This document shows, piece by piece, positions 13,001 through 24,540 of a stretch of DNA of 64,000 nt. The position numbers and the translations under genes are program-made. The notes beneath the pieces were generated by a model, which was given only the letters and a program-made list of their open reading frames with translations, had not been told where the DNA came from and made no database searches. The DNA is taken from assembly GCA_050273025.1 (NCBI GenBank), contig CP158635.1, positions 21,142,001 to 21,206,000 of the forward strand, written 5' to 3'. Positions within the stretch are counted from its first letter, which is position 1, and every line of letters begins with the position of its first letter. This DNA is from Cenococcum geophilum. Taxonomy: Eukaryota.

Positions 13001-16000
13001 GATAAAGTTCCTGCCGGTGTTGTAGGTAATATACTCAGGAGGTCTAAAGTATATATTAATCTAGCAGGTCCGTAAAATGTCCTAAGTATATTTTGCGGAT
13101 ATATTTTGCAACTAATGGGCGGCTTAATAGCGGGTTGCCTTATCAATTATATATAATACTGGGCTGCCGTTAATATACATAATGTCTACGTACACTAAGT
13201 GGTTGAAATTAAGGTCTTTATAAAGAGTGAACTTAAATCAGCCTAGGGAACGTCCGTATTTCTGGCAGAAGGAGCAGTATTTAGTTAGGTGGTTAACTAC
13301 CTTTTTATTAACGTCGTCATGTCCAGAGCGTTTAAGGACTCTATACAGCTTTTTAGCTAACAGGTAGCCGAAACGGTAGTGCAGGCGGTGGATTTCCGTA
13401 CTAGTTAGGTAGCACGGGTTATAGTTAAAAGATTCCTAAATATAGGTCCGTAAAGTCTCTCCCTATATAAGAAACGGGTGTCCAAATCGTTGTGTAATTA
13501 GTAAGGTAATATGCTTGCTTTCTAGGGTAGTTACAGGGCCAATTAGGGTGTCCGTAATATTATTGTAGTATACCTATAACCTATCCATATCTACAAGACA
13601 GAGTAGGAAGGGGGTGTCCGCTTTTACTATGTGGAAGTTAACTAGGCTAATTAGAGTCTTAACTTTAACTAATCCAATTAATGTAGTTGAGCTGATGCCG
13701 AATTGGACGTTTACGGCCCCAGTTTGCGTAATATCAATATCCGTATTGTTATTTATGGTGGTCCTATATACAAGGTATTGTCTATAGCCTGCGGTAGACT
13801 TCTTAGAGGCACCTATATCAATTATAACACCATAGAATTCCTTAGGGGTATAGCGTTCTATAGTAATATATGCAAATAAGTCCTGCTTGTGATCTGTAAT
13901 ATTTATAATAGGGGTGCTTACATAATAGTTTTCGGGCGCAATTAAGTGTATAAAGGAACGGTCGGCTAATACGGTTGTAATATTAAAGGCTTGGCTGTTT
14001 ATAAAAGGTCCAAAAGTGGTTAGGAATGTCTTTAAGGTCTCTTATTCTTAAGCGTCTAAGTTAAAGTTAATTATAAGGGCTTCTATTAACTTATTAGGGG
14101 GCTTTTCTACTTCCTCTCCTTTGTATTCCAAAATGAACTGGTTAATACAGCTATTAAGTCTCTTTTTGGACTTATTACGTTCTTCCTGGGTATACCTTAT
14201 AGACTAATATCCTTCCTTACCGCATACAAAGCATTTCTAGCTGGTTTGTCTATGGGGGTATGTTTTTATATAGGGGTTGCTACAGGGGTTACGGGTAGGA
14301 CTTGGTCGGTATGGGTACTACTAGCAGTAGCGGCGGTCTGTAAAGTAGACGTCTAAGTCTGTTTATGGATATTGAATATCTGTAATAAAGGCTTAAGTAC
14401 TGCCTGGTGGGTTTAAGACTTTATATATTATAATAGAGGAGCGTAGATTATTAATAAGGCCAGCTAAGGTATCTGTAGGCTTGTAGTAGGTATACTTGTA
14501 GGGCTCTACTTCCTAGCAGGCCGTAATAAGTTTATTGTACAGGAAGTCGTCTGTTTAAAGCTTAGCGTTAAGGCCGTGCTATAGGTGCCGGAGGTCTTTA
14601 ATAAGAATTTATAGGCACTTTATAGTTAATTTTTTAGTGTTCTTATTAATTATGGTCCGTAGCTTGGTTGCATTCTATTAGGTAAGGATATTACACTTAT
14701 ATTCTGGTCCTTTAAAGTAGTTGCGGGTGGCTTTATATAGCTTATTAAAGGAAACACTAAGGGGGTTACTCTTGAGGTTGGTGTAGTAGTGGTTAAGTAC
14801 TAGGCCGCGCAGTATAGTAGAGTAGGCTTAGCTAAACTCTTGTTTAGGAATGTCAGCCTTCTAGTAAAGGTCCGTAAAGATAGTCAGTTTAAAGTTAAAG
14901 TTATTATTTTCACTACTATACTTAGATTCGTTAGTATAAAGCTTAGCTAGGTTAGCTAGCTTCTTACTATAGGTCTTTACTTAGGTGGCTTATAGATCTA
15001 TAGCTTGCGGATATATAGCTTGCGGATATATAGTTTACTGATATATGGTTTGCGGATCTGTGACTTAAACAACAGGGGTAATTTAGTCTGTATTTTGGTT
15101 TATAGGGGTATTACGGTCCGTATTTTGGGTTACGGGGGTATTGTAATCCGTAGTGTGGTCCGTAACTTGAGAGTAGGGTTTATTTTAGCTAGCGAGGTTA
15201 GCTCTAAAGCCGCTTGGGTCTATGGGATGAATTTGGTTAAGTAGGTTAGGTATAAGGCTAGCAATCCTATTAAGTTTAGAAGAAGCAAAGAGTTCTTTAA
15301 TAGTTTTAACCTAGTCTAGGATTTCCTCTTTAGTTTATTCTGTTTAGTCTTTCTTATATATTATATTATATAAAGACTGTGTAATAGTAACTTATTTATC
15401 CCTTTTAACCCATACACCTTAGTTACGTAAAAGGGTTTATAGTTTACGGATGGTAATAGGGCTGCAGGCCTTAAAAATAGCTTCTATAAAGTCTATAAAG
15501 TCTTCCTAGTATTACTCCCATAGGTCGTTATTTATAAGCTTAAAGTATTTATATTTAAGGATTTTAAAACTAATATAGTCGTTAATGTTATTTGTAGACG
15601 TAACGTTAACTCCTTATCTCTACTTCTTTTGACCTTTACTAACTTACTTGCTAATATCTACCATACTATATAGTGTAGTGTGGTATATAGCGGGTAGTAG
15701 CAGCTTATAACGGGTAGGGGAGGTCTTATAATAGTCCATAGAATTAATTAACGGGTCCATAATGGTTCGTAGGAGGGTAGGGGGTTTCCATAAAAGGTCT
15801 AAAGAGGTTTAAGGTTTAAGGGGGTTAAGGATAAGGGTTCCGTATAGGTCTATATTCACGTCTATAACTTCTAATAAACCGTACTAAGACTTAAATAAGT
15901 ATACAGAGTTAGTAATAGGTCTATAATCCCCGACTTCCAACCTTCTAACAGGTCGTACTAGGAGTCTAAACAGGTAGTTGCTATCGTATATCGCTCGGTA

Positions 16001-16288
16001 GGAGGTGTTAAGTAATTACTAATTTGTGCGCGCTCACTGATCAGTGTTTATATCAATTTAATGATACAATTAAGTCATATCCCGGGGCACGAAATACGTA
16101 TAGTATCGTATACTCTTTAGGATGGTGGTAACTGTCTCTTGTATTAAAGCAGACTATGTGGTCTATATACTAATGCGACCTCCCCCTAATTAGTTAGTGC
16201 TTCAGGAGTGCACCGAACGCGTAAACGCGTAGTTGGTGTACCGAACGCGTAAGCACGCGTTCGGTACAACAGGTGCTGTAATTATATA
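10089..16288 (-). mobile_element. Ty1/Copia LTR retrotransposon, full length, RIP-degenerate
   Basis: LTRs 10089-10360 and 16045-16288; 5-bp TSD ATTAA; minus-strand gag zinc knuckle (CFVC ~14225), protease IIDIGAS (~13820), LHYRFGY, RT KPLYGVPEA--HW (~11720), RNase H SVLASKL and L-NCLV-LGTT-EKRL. Confidence 0.95.
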
Positions 16289-16559
16289 ATTAATATTCTT
16301 ATAAATAATACAGAGCTTCTTAAAAAAAGATTTACTTATTTAATCTTTAAAATGTTATTATACCTAATAAGATTATTTCTATTTCGTCTAAAGATAAGGA
16401 GCAATCTACTACTACTACTAAGCTATTAGCATTTAAAGATTATATAAAGGCAATTAATAATATATTTTATACTAAAGATAGAGGTTATTAACTGCTTTAC
16501 TTTAACTTCACTTAACTTAACTACTATACTTTACCCCCTTAACCCCTTAACTACCTATT

Positions 16560-18300
16560 CGGCTTATCGCTTACCACCCCCCTAACTACTTATTTAGCTT
16601 ATCGTTAACTACTTCTTCTATAACTACTAGTTAAAGACTACCCTTATTTCTACTTTCTTTGCCTTATTTATTATAGTTAACAACTACTTACTAACTCCTT
16701 ACTCCTTATAGTTTACCCCTTTAAGTTACTGCATAGTTCGTACCTAATATCTCTTATATTATTATCTTAAGAAAACCGTCTTACTAACTACTTATAGTAG
16801 ATTACTTATTATAGTTAGTATTTATAATCCTAATAGCTTCACTAGCCATCCCAACTCCTCTCTCCTTAACGTTAACTTTTTTAATGTCCTTTATCTTAAC
16901 CCGTTTAAGACATATACTACTAGGTTCCTAAAGTTACGGCTTTAACAGCTATTACTTTACCTTTACCCTAATAAGCTCTGCAACTGGACTCTACCTAAGG
17001 GTATAAATATAGTAACTCTAAATAATATTAAGGACTAGTTAATAGGTACCTCTAATACTATTGCTATAGATAGGTAGGCAGCAGTCGCTTATAGGGGTTA
17101 AGTAGGCTAGCAGTTAACCTAGGATATAAACCACGACCTAGTTAACCGCTGCCAGCCTCTCTAGTTATATACTATCCACTTCGGCCTTTTAAATAGGCCA
17201 ATTTAAATTAGCAGTAATAAGAGTAGTAAAAATACCGGTAAATTAATTATAATCAGCAGTAATAAGGATAAGGGTAATACCGGCTAGGAGTAGTCTCGGC
17301 AGTTTTAGCAGTCGCGGTAGTCGCAGCAGTTAGATAATAAGCAGTCCCCGCTTTTTAGGGAGAGATAATAACGTCTATATGCCTTATAGGAGTTATAGCA
17401 GTCTAACCCTATTAAACTGTTAGATAATGAGGAGCCCACGCCTCTTAGGGAAAGGTAATAATAGCCGTATACCTTCTCTATAGGTCGAACATTAACTAGG
17501 AAGAGTACTCTAATATCGACTAATTATAGTTATGGTGCTCTAGCATCTTATATTATAGCCTTAAATACGTTTACCTAACTATTACTAGTCTATCTAATAG
17601 AGGAACGTTAGACCAATTTTCTTAATATAGCAAGTTATTAAGGTACTATTATAATTGCTATTATACGCGGGTTAACTACTTTGGCGTTCTTTCTACCTTA
17701 ATATATAGTAATAGCGAGTCTTAATACTTATAATTAACTAAACTATTAAGTATAACCACTTAATCTGTTATTTAATAAGTTGCCGCTATACGGTAATACG
17801 ATACGTATATTATTAATTTCCTTTAATAATATCTTAAGTCTTAGTTAACTGGTTAGCCGGTTTACTAGCAACTCTAAGAAATAGGTAGCTTAGTTTTTAG
17901 ACTAAATATAGCGGTATAATAGTATACCTTCGCTAGTAGATTAACCAGCTCCTCCTAACTCCTTAATTTAGCCGCTCTTGTGTATATCTATAAATCCTTA
18001 CTTAACTCCTTAGATTTCCTTCTAACGCTCTACTCCTTTAGCTTTAACCCCTTAAACTCCTTCCGCTTTAACTTACCGCCTCTCTTCTAGCAGTTTACTC
18101 CTTATAATTAGGCTACTTAAAATCCTCTATCGTTAACTACTTAGGCTCCTCCCTAATTAACCTGTTAGCCTAGACTTATATTTATAAACGTATATAATAA
18201 TAAAGAGTATATTTTATAAGCTACTTAGAAATTGTGTATATAACTAGTAAATTATAGTTTAGTAAATAGTTTAACAAATAGGTTTATAGTTCTCTTTTTA
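16560..18300 (+). pseudogene. Third ORF relic of unknown function inside the Academ-like element
   Basis: Coding-like composition with low-complexity I-ISS(D)E-type and Pro/Gln-rich tracts between transposase and helicase; no family recognised. Confidence 0.35.
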
Positions 18301-18429
18301 GGATAAATAAGTGGTAACTTATAGCCTTTAGAATAGTTAAATAAATAAGCTAATTAATTCCTTAACTGCTTTCTGGTTTAATTTAATATAAAAGTTTATT
18401 TAGAGATTAATTACTTATACCCTTCTAGC

Positions 18430-21400
18430 ACGTAATAAAGCTAAACTATCTAGGAATGCCAAGCCCATTTTATTTATACCTCCTATATTCCTAAACATAT
18501 AGCTTTTAGTGTTAACAACCGCTTGCGCCTATCCCGCCCATTATTTCTTATCTCTTTACTATAGTTTTTTAACACTAGGCCGCTAATATTCTCACTATTA
18601 GGTGCTAATATTAACTGCCTATATAAGATAGAAGCTATACCCTCTAAACCCCGCTACATTTTATTAGCAGTAAAATCTGCGGTCTTTACCCTTTTTTTCC
18701 TACCTTTATAGGTTCTACTACTAGGAGCTATCGGTGGTTCTAGGCTAGGCTCTATACTATTAGTTAGCGAAGCAGTCTACGAGTCCACTAGTTAAGTCTC
18801 CAGCACTATTAGTTAAGTCTCTAGCACTAGCAGTTTAGTCTCTAGCACCACGCTTTTACTACTCTATAATTCTAGTTCCTACAACTACTTGTATTTAATT
18901 TCTCGCTACTGCGACTAGTGTAAACCACTATAACCTTATCTTAGTGACTGGTTATACTATAGTAAAGGGGATAGCATATTATACTGGTTAAGGGGAAATA
19001 GAGTAACTCCTTTAGCTAAAGATAGCACTACTATTAAAAAGGGAAATTTTGGTACTAAGCTAAATAAGCGTATATAGTTCTCTATAAGCTTTTTTTATTA
19101 TAATATAACTAGTAAAGCAGTCTTATTATTAATCTTAGTTTATCTTTCTATAACCGATACCCTTTATTTATCGGCTATAAGCTTACTATTACTAGCGCTA
19201 CTAGCCCCAGATAATGAGTCACTAGTGCTAAATACTAGTTTCTTAGATTTCCTAGACTCTAACTACTTAGCTAGTACCCGTGACGTTTTGGTTTCGTAAA
19301 CTCAACCAACACCACCTCGCTAGCTAGGTAGTTGCTAATACGGTATACAGCCTACCAAGAAACCCAAAAAATAACTTTAAACTTTAAACCGTAATAATTA
19401 TCTACAACCATAACTTCTAATCCTCTTAAAGATAAGGCTAAGGTCTAAAAGGCCTTTGCTGCCTATATAGCCAATAAGTTTCCTTCTATTGCTGCTACTG
19501 CGCGCCATTTCTATACCAAATATAACCGCGTTAAGAATCGTGTTAATAGACTCCCTGCACAGCCTAGGCTACCAGCTTATAACCTACTACTTACTCCATA
19601 TAAGGAGAAGGGCCTTCTAATATAGCTGCATTGCTATAACGCGCTTAAAACGCGTGCAATAGTCCAAGAGCTTAAGTGGGAGTGTAATTATATACTTAAA
19701 TCGCGTCACACCGGCCTAAAAAAACCACTACTCTGTGGCAGCCATTAAACCAACAAATTTCTTAAGCGCCACCCTAAATTTAGTCTACGTACTAAAAATC
19801 CTAGGAAGCTAAAAAGACAGGCGGCGGAAGACCTAATAGCGCTATCGCGCTAGTACGAGGACTATAATTGCGTGGTGGGGCTTTATAAAATTATAGTAAA
19901 AGATATATACAATTATAATGAAACGGGTATACGCCTAGGCGCAGGTAAGAAAGAGAAGGTAATTATAGCTTTAAAGGCCTTTTAAATTACTACTACAAAG
20001 GATACCAGCCGCAAATTAGCTATGGTTGCAGAAGTCATTTCTAGTAATAGAGCTATAGGGCCTCCGCTTATTATCCTAGCAGGTAAAACTATATAAAAGC
20101 GCTAGTGCACATAAACAGATAAGCTGCTAAGCAATTACTTGCTAGGAGCAAGCGACACTGTATATATTAACAATTAGCTACTATTAAAGTGGGCTATTTA
20201 CTTCAAACAGTGGTCTAAGAAGCGCTAAATCAGCAAAAATCGACTCCTTATCCTAGATAGCCACACTAGCCATTTTACTAGGCAATTTATATAGTTCTAC
20301 AATAACTATCTAATTGTCTTATTCGCTACAATTCCGCATATAACGCATATCTGTCAGCCTCTTAATATTATAGTTTTCTAGCTATATAAGTACTGGTATG
20401 GGCAAGCTATAGCTAGGGCCTTTTGAAATAGCTGTATAGATTTTAACAAGATGGAGTTTCTATAAGCTCTACACAAAGTTCGCCTTAATATATTTAAGAG
20501 AAGCATAGTTCTAAGCGCCTAGGCAAAATTAGGGCTAATTCCTTTTAATCCCGCTGTTATGCTTAGCTAAATTCAAATACTATTACCACGGGCAATAACG
20601 CCTATAGATGCAGGTTTTATAGAAAATCACCTTCTAGAGACACCAGCTTATGCGCGTACGCTTACAGTACTAGCTAACCTACTAGATTAGGAGGAGGACG
20701 AGGATACGTAGTATATTCTGCACGAAAAGTTTATACGTGGTAGCCTAGCAATTGCGGTTATAGCTAAGGCTGCATATAGAGACTTATTACGCACTACTGC
20801 TATAGCGCAGAAGCGTAAGGATATACAAAAGGATGCTCGGCAGTCACTTTAAACGGGAGGCGTACTTTATATACAAGATAGGCGCAATACTGTAGAGAAT
20901 TCTAAACTCTTAGTGTTGTAGGATACATAAGAGAAGCTAAGGAAGCTTAAGAAAAGGGCTGCCAATAAGGTAATTAAGGCCCAGAAGCGCAAAGAGATAG
21001 ATGCACGTAAAGTCATAAGGGCCTACAACAAGGCCAACGGAATTGTAGTACGGCGAGGGCCTTATAAAAATAAGTAGTAAATATATCGTAATTTTCTGAG
21101 TTTCTTGGTGGGCTGTATACCGTACTAGCAGCTACCTAGCTAGCGAGGTAGTGTTAGTTGAGTTTACGAAACCAAAACGTTATGGGTATACTATCTATAT
21201 TCTAGCAAAGGAACTAAACTAGCTACTCTCCCTAAGCTATAATATGCTTCCATTTATTTAATAGGAAATGCTTATAGAGATCTTCTATAGTTTATATTAG
21301 AAACTTAGCAGCTAAGGTAACCTTATTAAAGGCGCGTATAATTGCCCACTAGTAGTAACTAGGCAAGAAATATAAAAAAGGCATTAGAGTAAATCTCTTT

Positions 21401-23400
21401 TCTATTAGGACCAACTTATTTACTTATACTTAACACCACTTAGCCAGCCATTAGAGAGTAACACCTTACTTTAAGCCTAAGGTTGGTTTTTAAAGGGAGA
21501 CAGGAGTAGTTGGCGCAGTGGTTATAATAAGAAAATTAGGGTTATAACCTATACCGTTACAACAACTCTCCTATAGTGCCTTTGGAGTTTATATTTTAGG
21601 ATTACATTTGTCCTCCTAAAGAAACTTAAGTAGGTATTTACGGTGGCAGTTACTATTTAGTATAGCCCTCCAATAATCGCTTATAGAGTCCCTACTTTTA
21701 ATCTCCTACTTTATCTAGGGACGAACTTTATTCTTATTAGTTAACTAGTTAGTAGTTATACCGTTAAGTTCCTAGTTTAAATAAGGGTACTGGTCTAATA
21801 AGTTGCCATTATAATCTAAATCGGACTCGCGACTGCTCCCCTAAGAAAATAATTGCTATAACTAACTCGCCTGGCGATTGCATAAGAGTATATTACGTCT
21901 ACGTTTTAACTTAGACATTATTTAACCGGTAACTTCTTCTTAAGTTAACTCCTTTTAATATCCTAACCAATTAAACGCCTAATACGGTATAAAGAATACA
22001 GCTACTCCGGTTTTATTGTAACCCCTTACTATATAACTAAACCTTTACCATAGATCTCCAATATTATCTATAATTAGGAAATTCTATTAAATAACTATAT
22101 AAATATCTAGGATATCTATACCTATTCCGAGAGCAGTTATAGCTACTATAATCCAAATATCTAACTGCTTACTACGGAAAATATTATATATCCTATCCTA
22201 ATTATACTTCGCTATATAAGATATATATATCCTAACTATCTGGTTTATAAAACGCGCTAAGTAGCCCTTCTAAATAAGAGACTCCTTAAGGTACTAAGAG
22301 ACTGCCGCGATGCGTCTTCTACCGTTAAGAAATATAATTATTTTTAGGATTTTCTAAGGGGTTAAGCCATTACCTAAAAACTTAACTGCTTAGTTAAGTA
22401 AGAAGTATAACTGCTTATAGCAGCTTATCTTTCCTTTTAGTATCGGAAATATATAAATTAAGATATCCGGTCGGTTAATAGATGTACGGATAATCTCCAA
22501 TATACCCAATTTAGTTCCCTCCGGCTAAAACCCACCATTTTTTTTTACTACTTGCTCTATCTTAATGTCTATAGTTATAGAGTAGCTAAAAAAAATAACA
22601 CTTAATAAAAGAAACCGGCGTAGCTTATAGATTAAGACAAAGTCGCTCTAAAACTTCTTTTACTAATAGAGTATATAATACTTATTAATAGCTACCAGTC
22701 TAACTTAATACTAAAAGAATAGATCCTATAGGATCTTCCAGAATTTAGGAGATATAGCTTACTCTAGCCTAAGTAGTATATAGGTATATATACCATTCTT
22801 AATATTTTTAAACAGTTAAGGGTTCTAGAATTTTGTATTCGCTAATATTAAATATAGGTTTATACTAGGGTATTAACAAATTAATTTAACCTATTTCCCC
22901 CCTAGCTTACTTAACGGGATAAGCTATATTATAATCTGGCTAGTTAAGACTAAGAAAGCATAGAATATAATACTTTTACTAAAGCCAGTTTTTATAATAA
23001 GTATAGTATCCCCTATTCTATAAACTAGTTGGCGAAGTGCTCTAACCTATTGAGTATAGGGATTCTTTCCCTTAAGGAGTCAGTATATAGCACGGGTAAG
23101 CATTTCCGTTTAATGCTTTATATTTTAGGGTTTAGAACTATCTAATACGAGCCTCCGGAGCTATAGAATAGTTAAGGTTAGTATATATTTTATTTAGGCA
23201 GTATATAACTAGGCCTTAAAAGGAGTTAAATAACGCAAGTCGCCACGTTGCTGTTAGTAATACTGCTTGCTTTAAGGCATCTAAAGAGGATTTACAAGTA
23301 GACCTAACAAGACTCGCAAAAATATTTTAACCTATAATTTTAGAACTTTATATTAGCTAAAATGCATAAATAAGTATATAGATAAATAAAGTGACCCTTA
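18430..23400 (-). pseudogene. RecQ-like superfamily 2 helicase relic, interrupted by a pogo element
   Basis: QVRAL...GDTILI-KTGF(G)KSIIF (~23040-22965), VAI(DECH) (~22690), C-SAT-like (~22575), IIVA-TALG-G-DIPDI (~22150-22105), LW(Q)RF(GR)-VRG (~22050); ends approximate. Confidence 0.85.
19277..21186 (+). mobile_element. Tc1/mariner pogo/Fot1-like DNA transposon
   Basis: ~95-bp TIRs CCCGTGACGTTTTGGTTTCGTAAACTCAAC...; TA TSD on both sides; transposase relic ~19410-21077 with IYNY(D)ETG, RLLILD(G)HTSH, PH-THICQPL(D). Confidence 0.95.
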
Positions 23401-24540
23401 AAATATAATCGATTACCTTTTAAAGTGGTTAACTGGTTAACTGGTAGAGATATATCGCTCTTTAGCAATGTCGTGTTTAATTAATAAGTAGACCTTTATA
23501 CATTTTCGCACTAAAGGCCCTTAGACAGCAAATAAGATCGCGCTTCTAAGTACAGGGGTTATATAACGCTAGCAGGGGTTTAATAAAGCTAGTAGGGGTT
23601 TTATATAAAGCTATACTAATTAAGTACTAGCGAGACTTATCTCGTTTACCGTCTAAGTCGCTTACTAAAATAACCTCTATACACCTTTTTTACAACATAC
23701 TCTTTTTTTATTTTATTTTATTTTTATTTTATATCCGTTATATTATACTATATACAATACTACGCATACAGCCTCTAGGCTATGGCGCTATAGTCCTATA
23801 TATATAAACCCCTTAGGGCAGCTTAATATATACTAGTAACTATATCCTTAGTAGTTTATAAGCCCCTAAACTAGGGGTTTATAGTTTCTTAGTAAAATAC
23901 TAAGTTATAAGCAACTACTAGGGAATGAGAAAGTAGTAGAAAACTTATTAGGAATTTTTTTTTTGGGCGCGTTGTTGCAAACGAAAATCGGGGTCTGCAA
24001 AACCTGCGTAAGTCGCAATTTTGGCAATTTGCGGCGATTTGCAGCAATTTGCTACAAACATATAGGCTACCTATGCACGCGCCTGCCCTATTTATGTGTT
24101 TGTAGCAAATTGCTGCAAATTGCCGCAAATGCTAAAATTGCGACTTACGCCTACAGGTTTCGCAGACCCCGATTTTCCGGAGAGTCCCCGGGCACTATTA
24201 TCCCACACAACCATGATTAATAAGCGCTTACTAATGCACACGCACGGGCCGCCATCAACAGTGCGGAAGAACTTCAAAAAAGCATGTCCTCACCGCAACT
24301 TACACCATAGAATATCTACGCAATTACGTAGTAAATAGACTAGTTTAGGGCGTGGAATTAATAGCTTATTATACAGACTAAAAGTCCTAAACAGCTTATT
24401 AAGTGAATATTAGTGCTAGGGCTAAAGATATAACGCCGAAGTCGGACCACTTTAACAGCAAGTTTTCTAGAAATTTTCTACTGTAGAGTTGTTCTAAATC
24501 TATACCTTGTAAAGCCTATATTAACTTCCTACTATACAGC

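Larger units (their letters stand above)
7209..23703. mobile_element. Academ/AcademH-like DNA transposon (transposase + RecQ-like helicase), about 8.4 kb net of nested inserts
   Basis: 30-bp TIR AGAGTATATTATAAAAAAGGTGCATAGAGG / CCTCTATACACCTTTTTTACAACATACTCT; further inverted blocks 7335-7352 vs 23646-23664 and ~7462-7488 vs ~23504-23530; convergent transposase and helicase relics. Confidence 0.8.
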
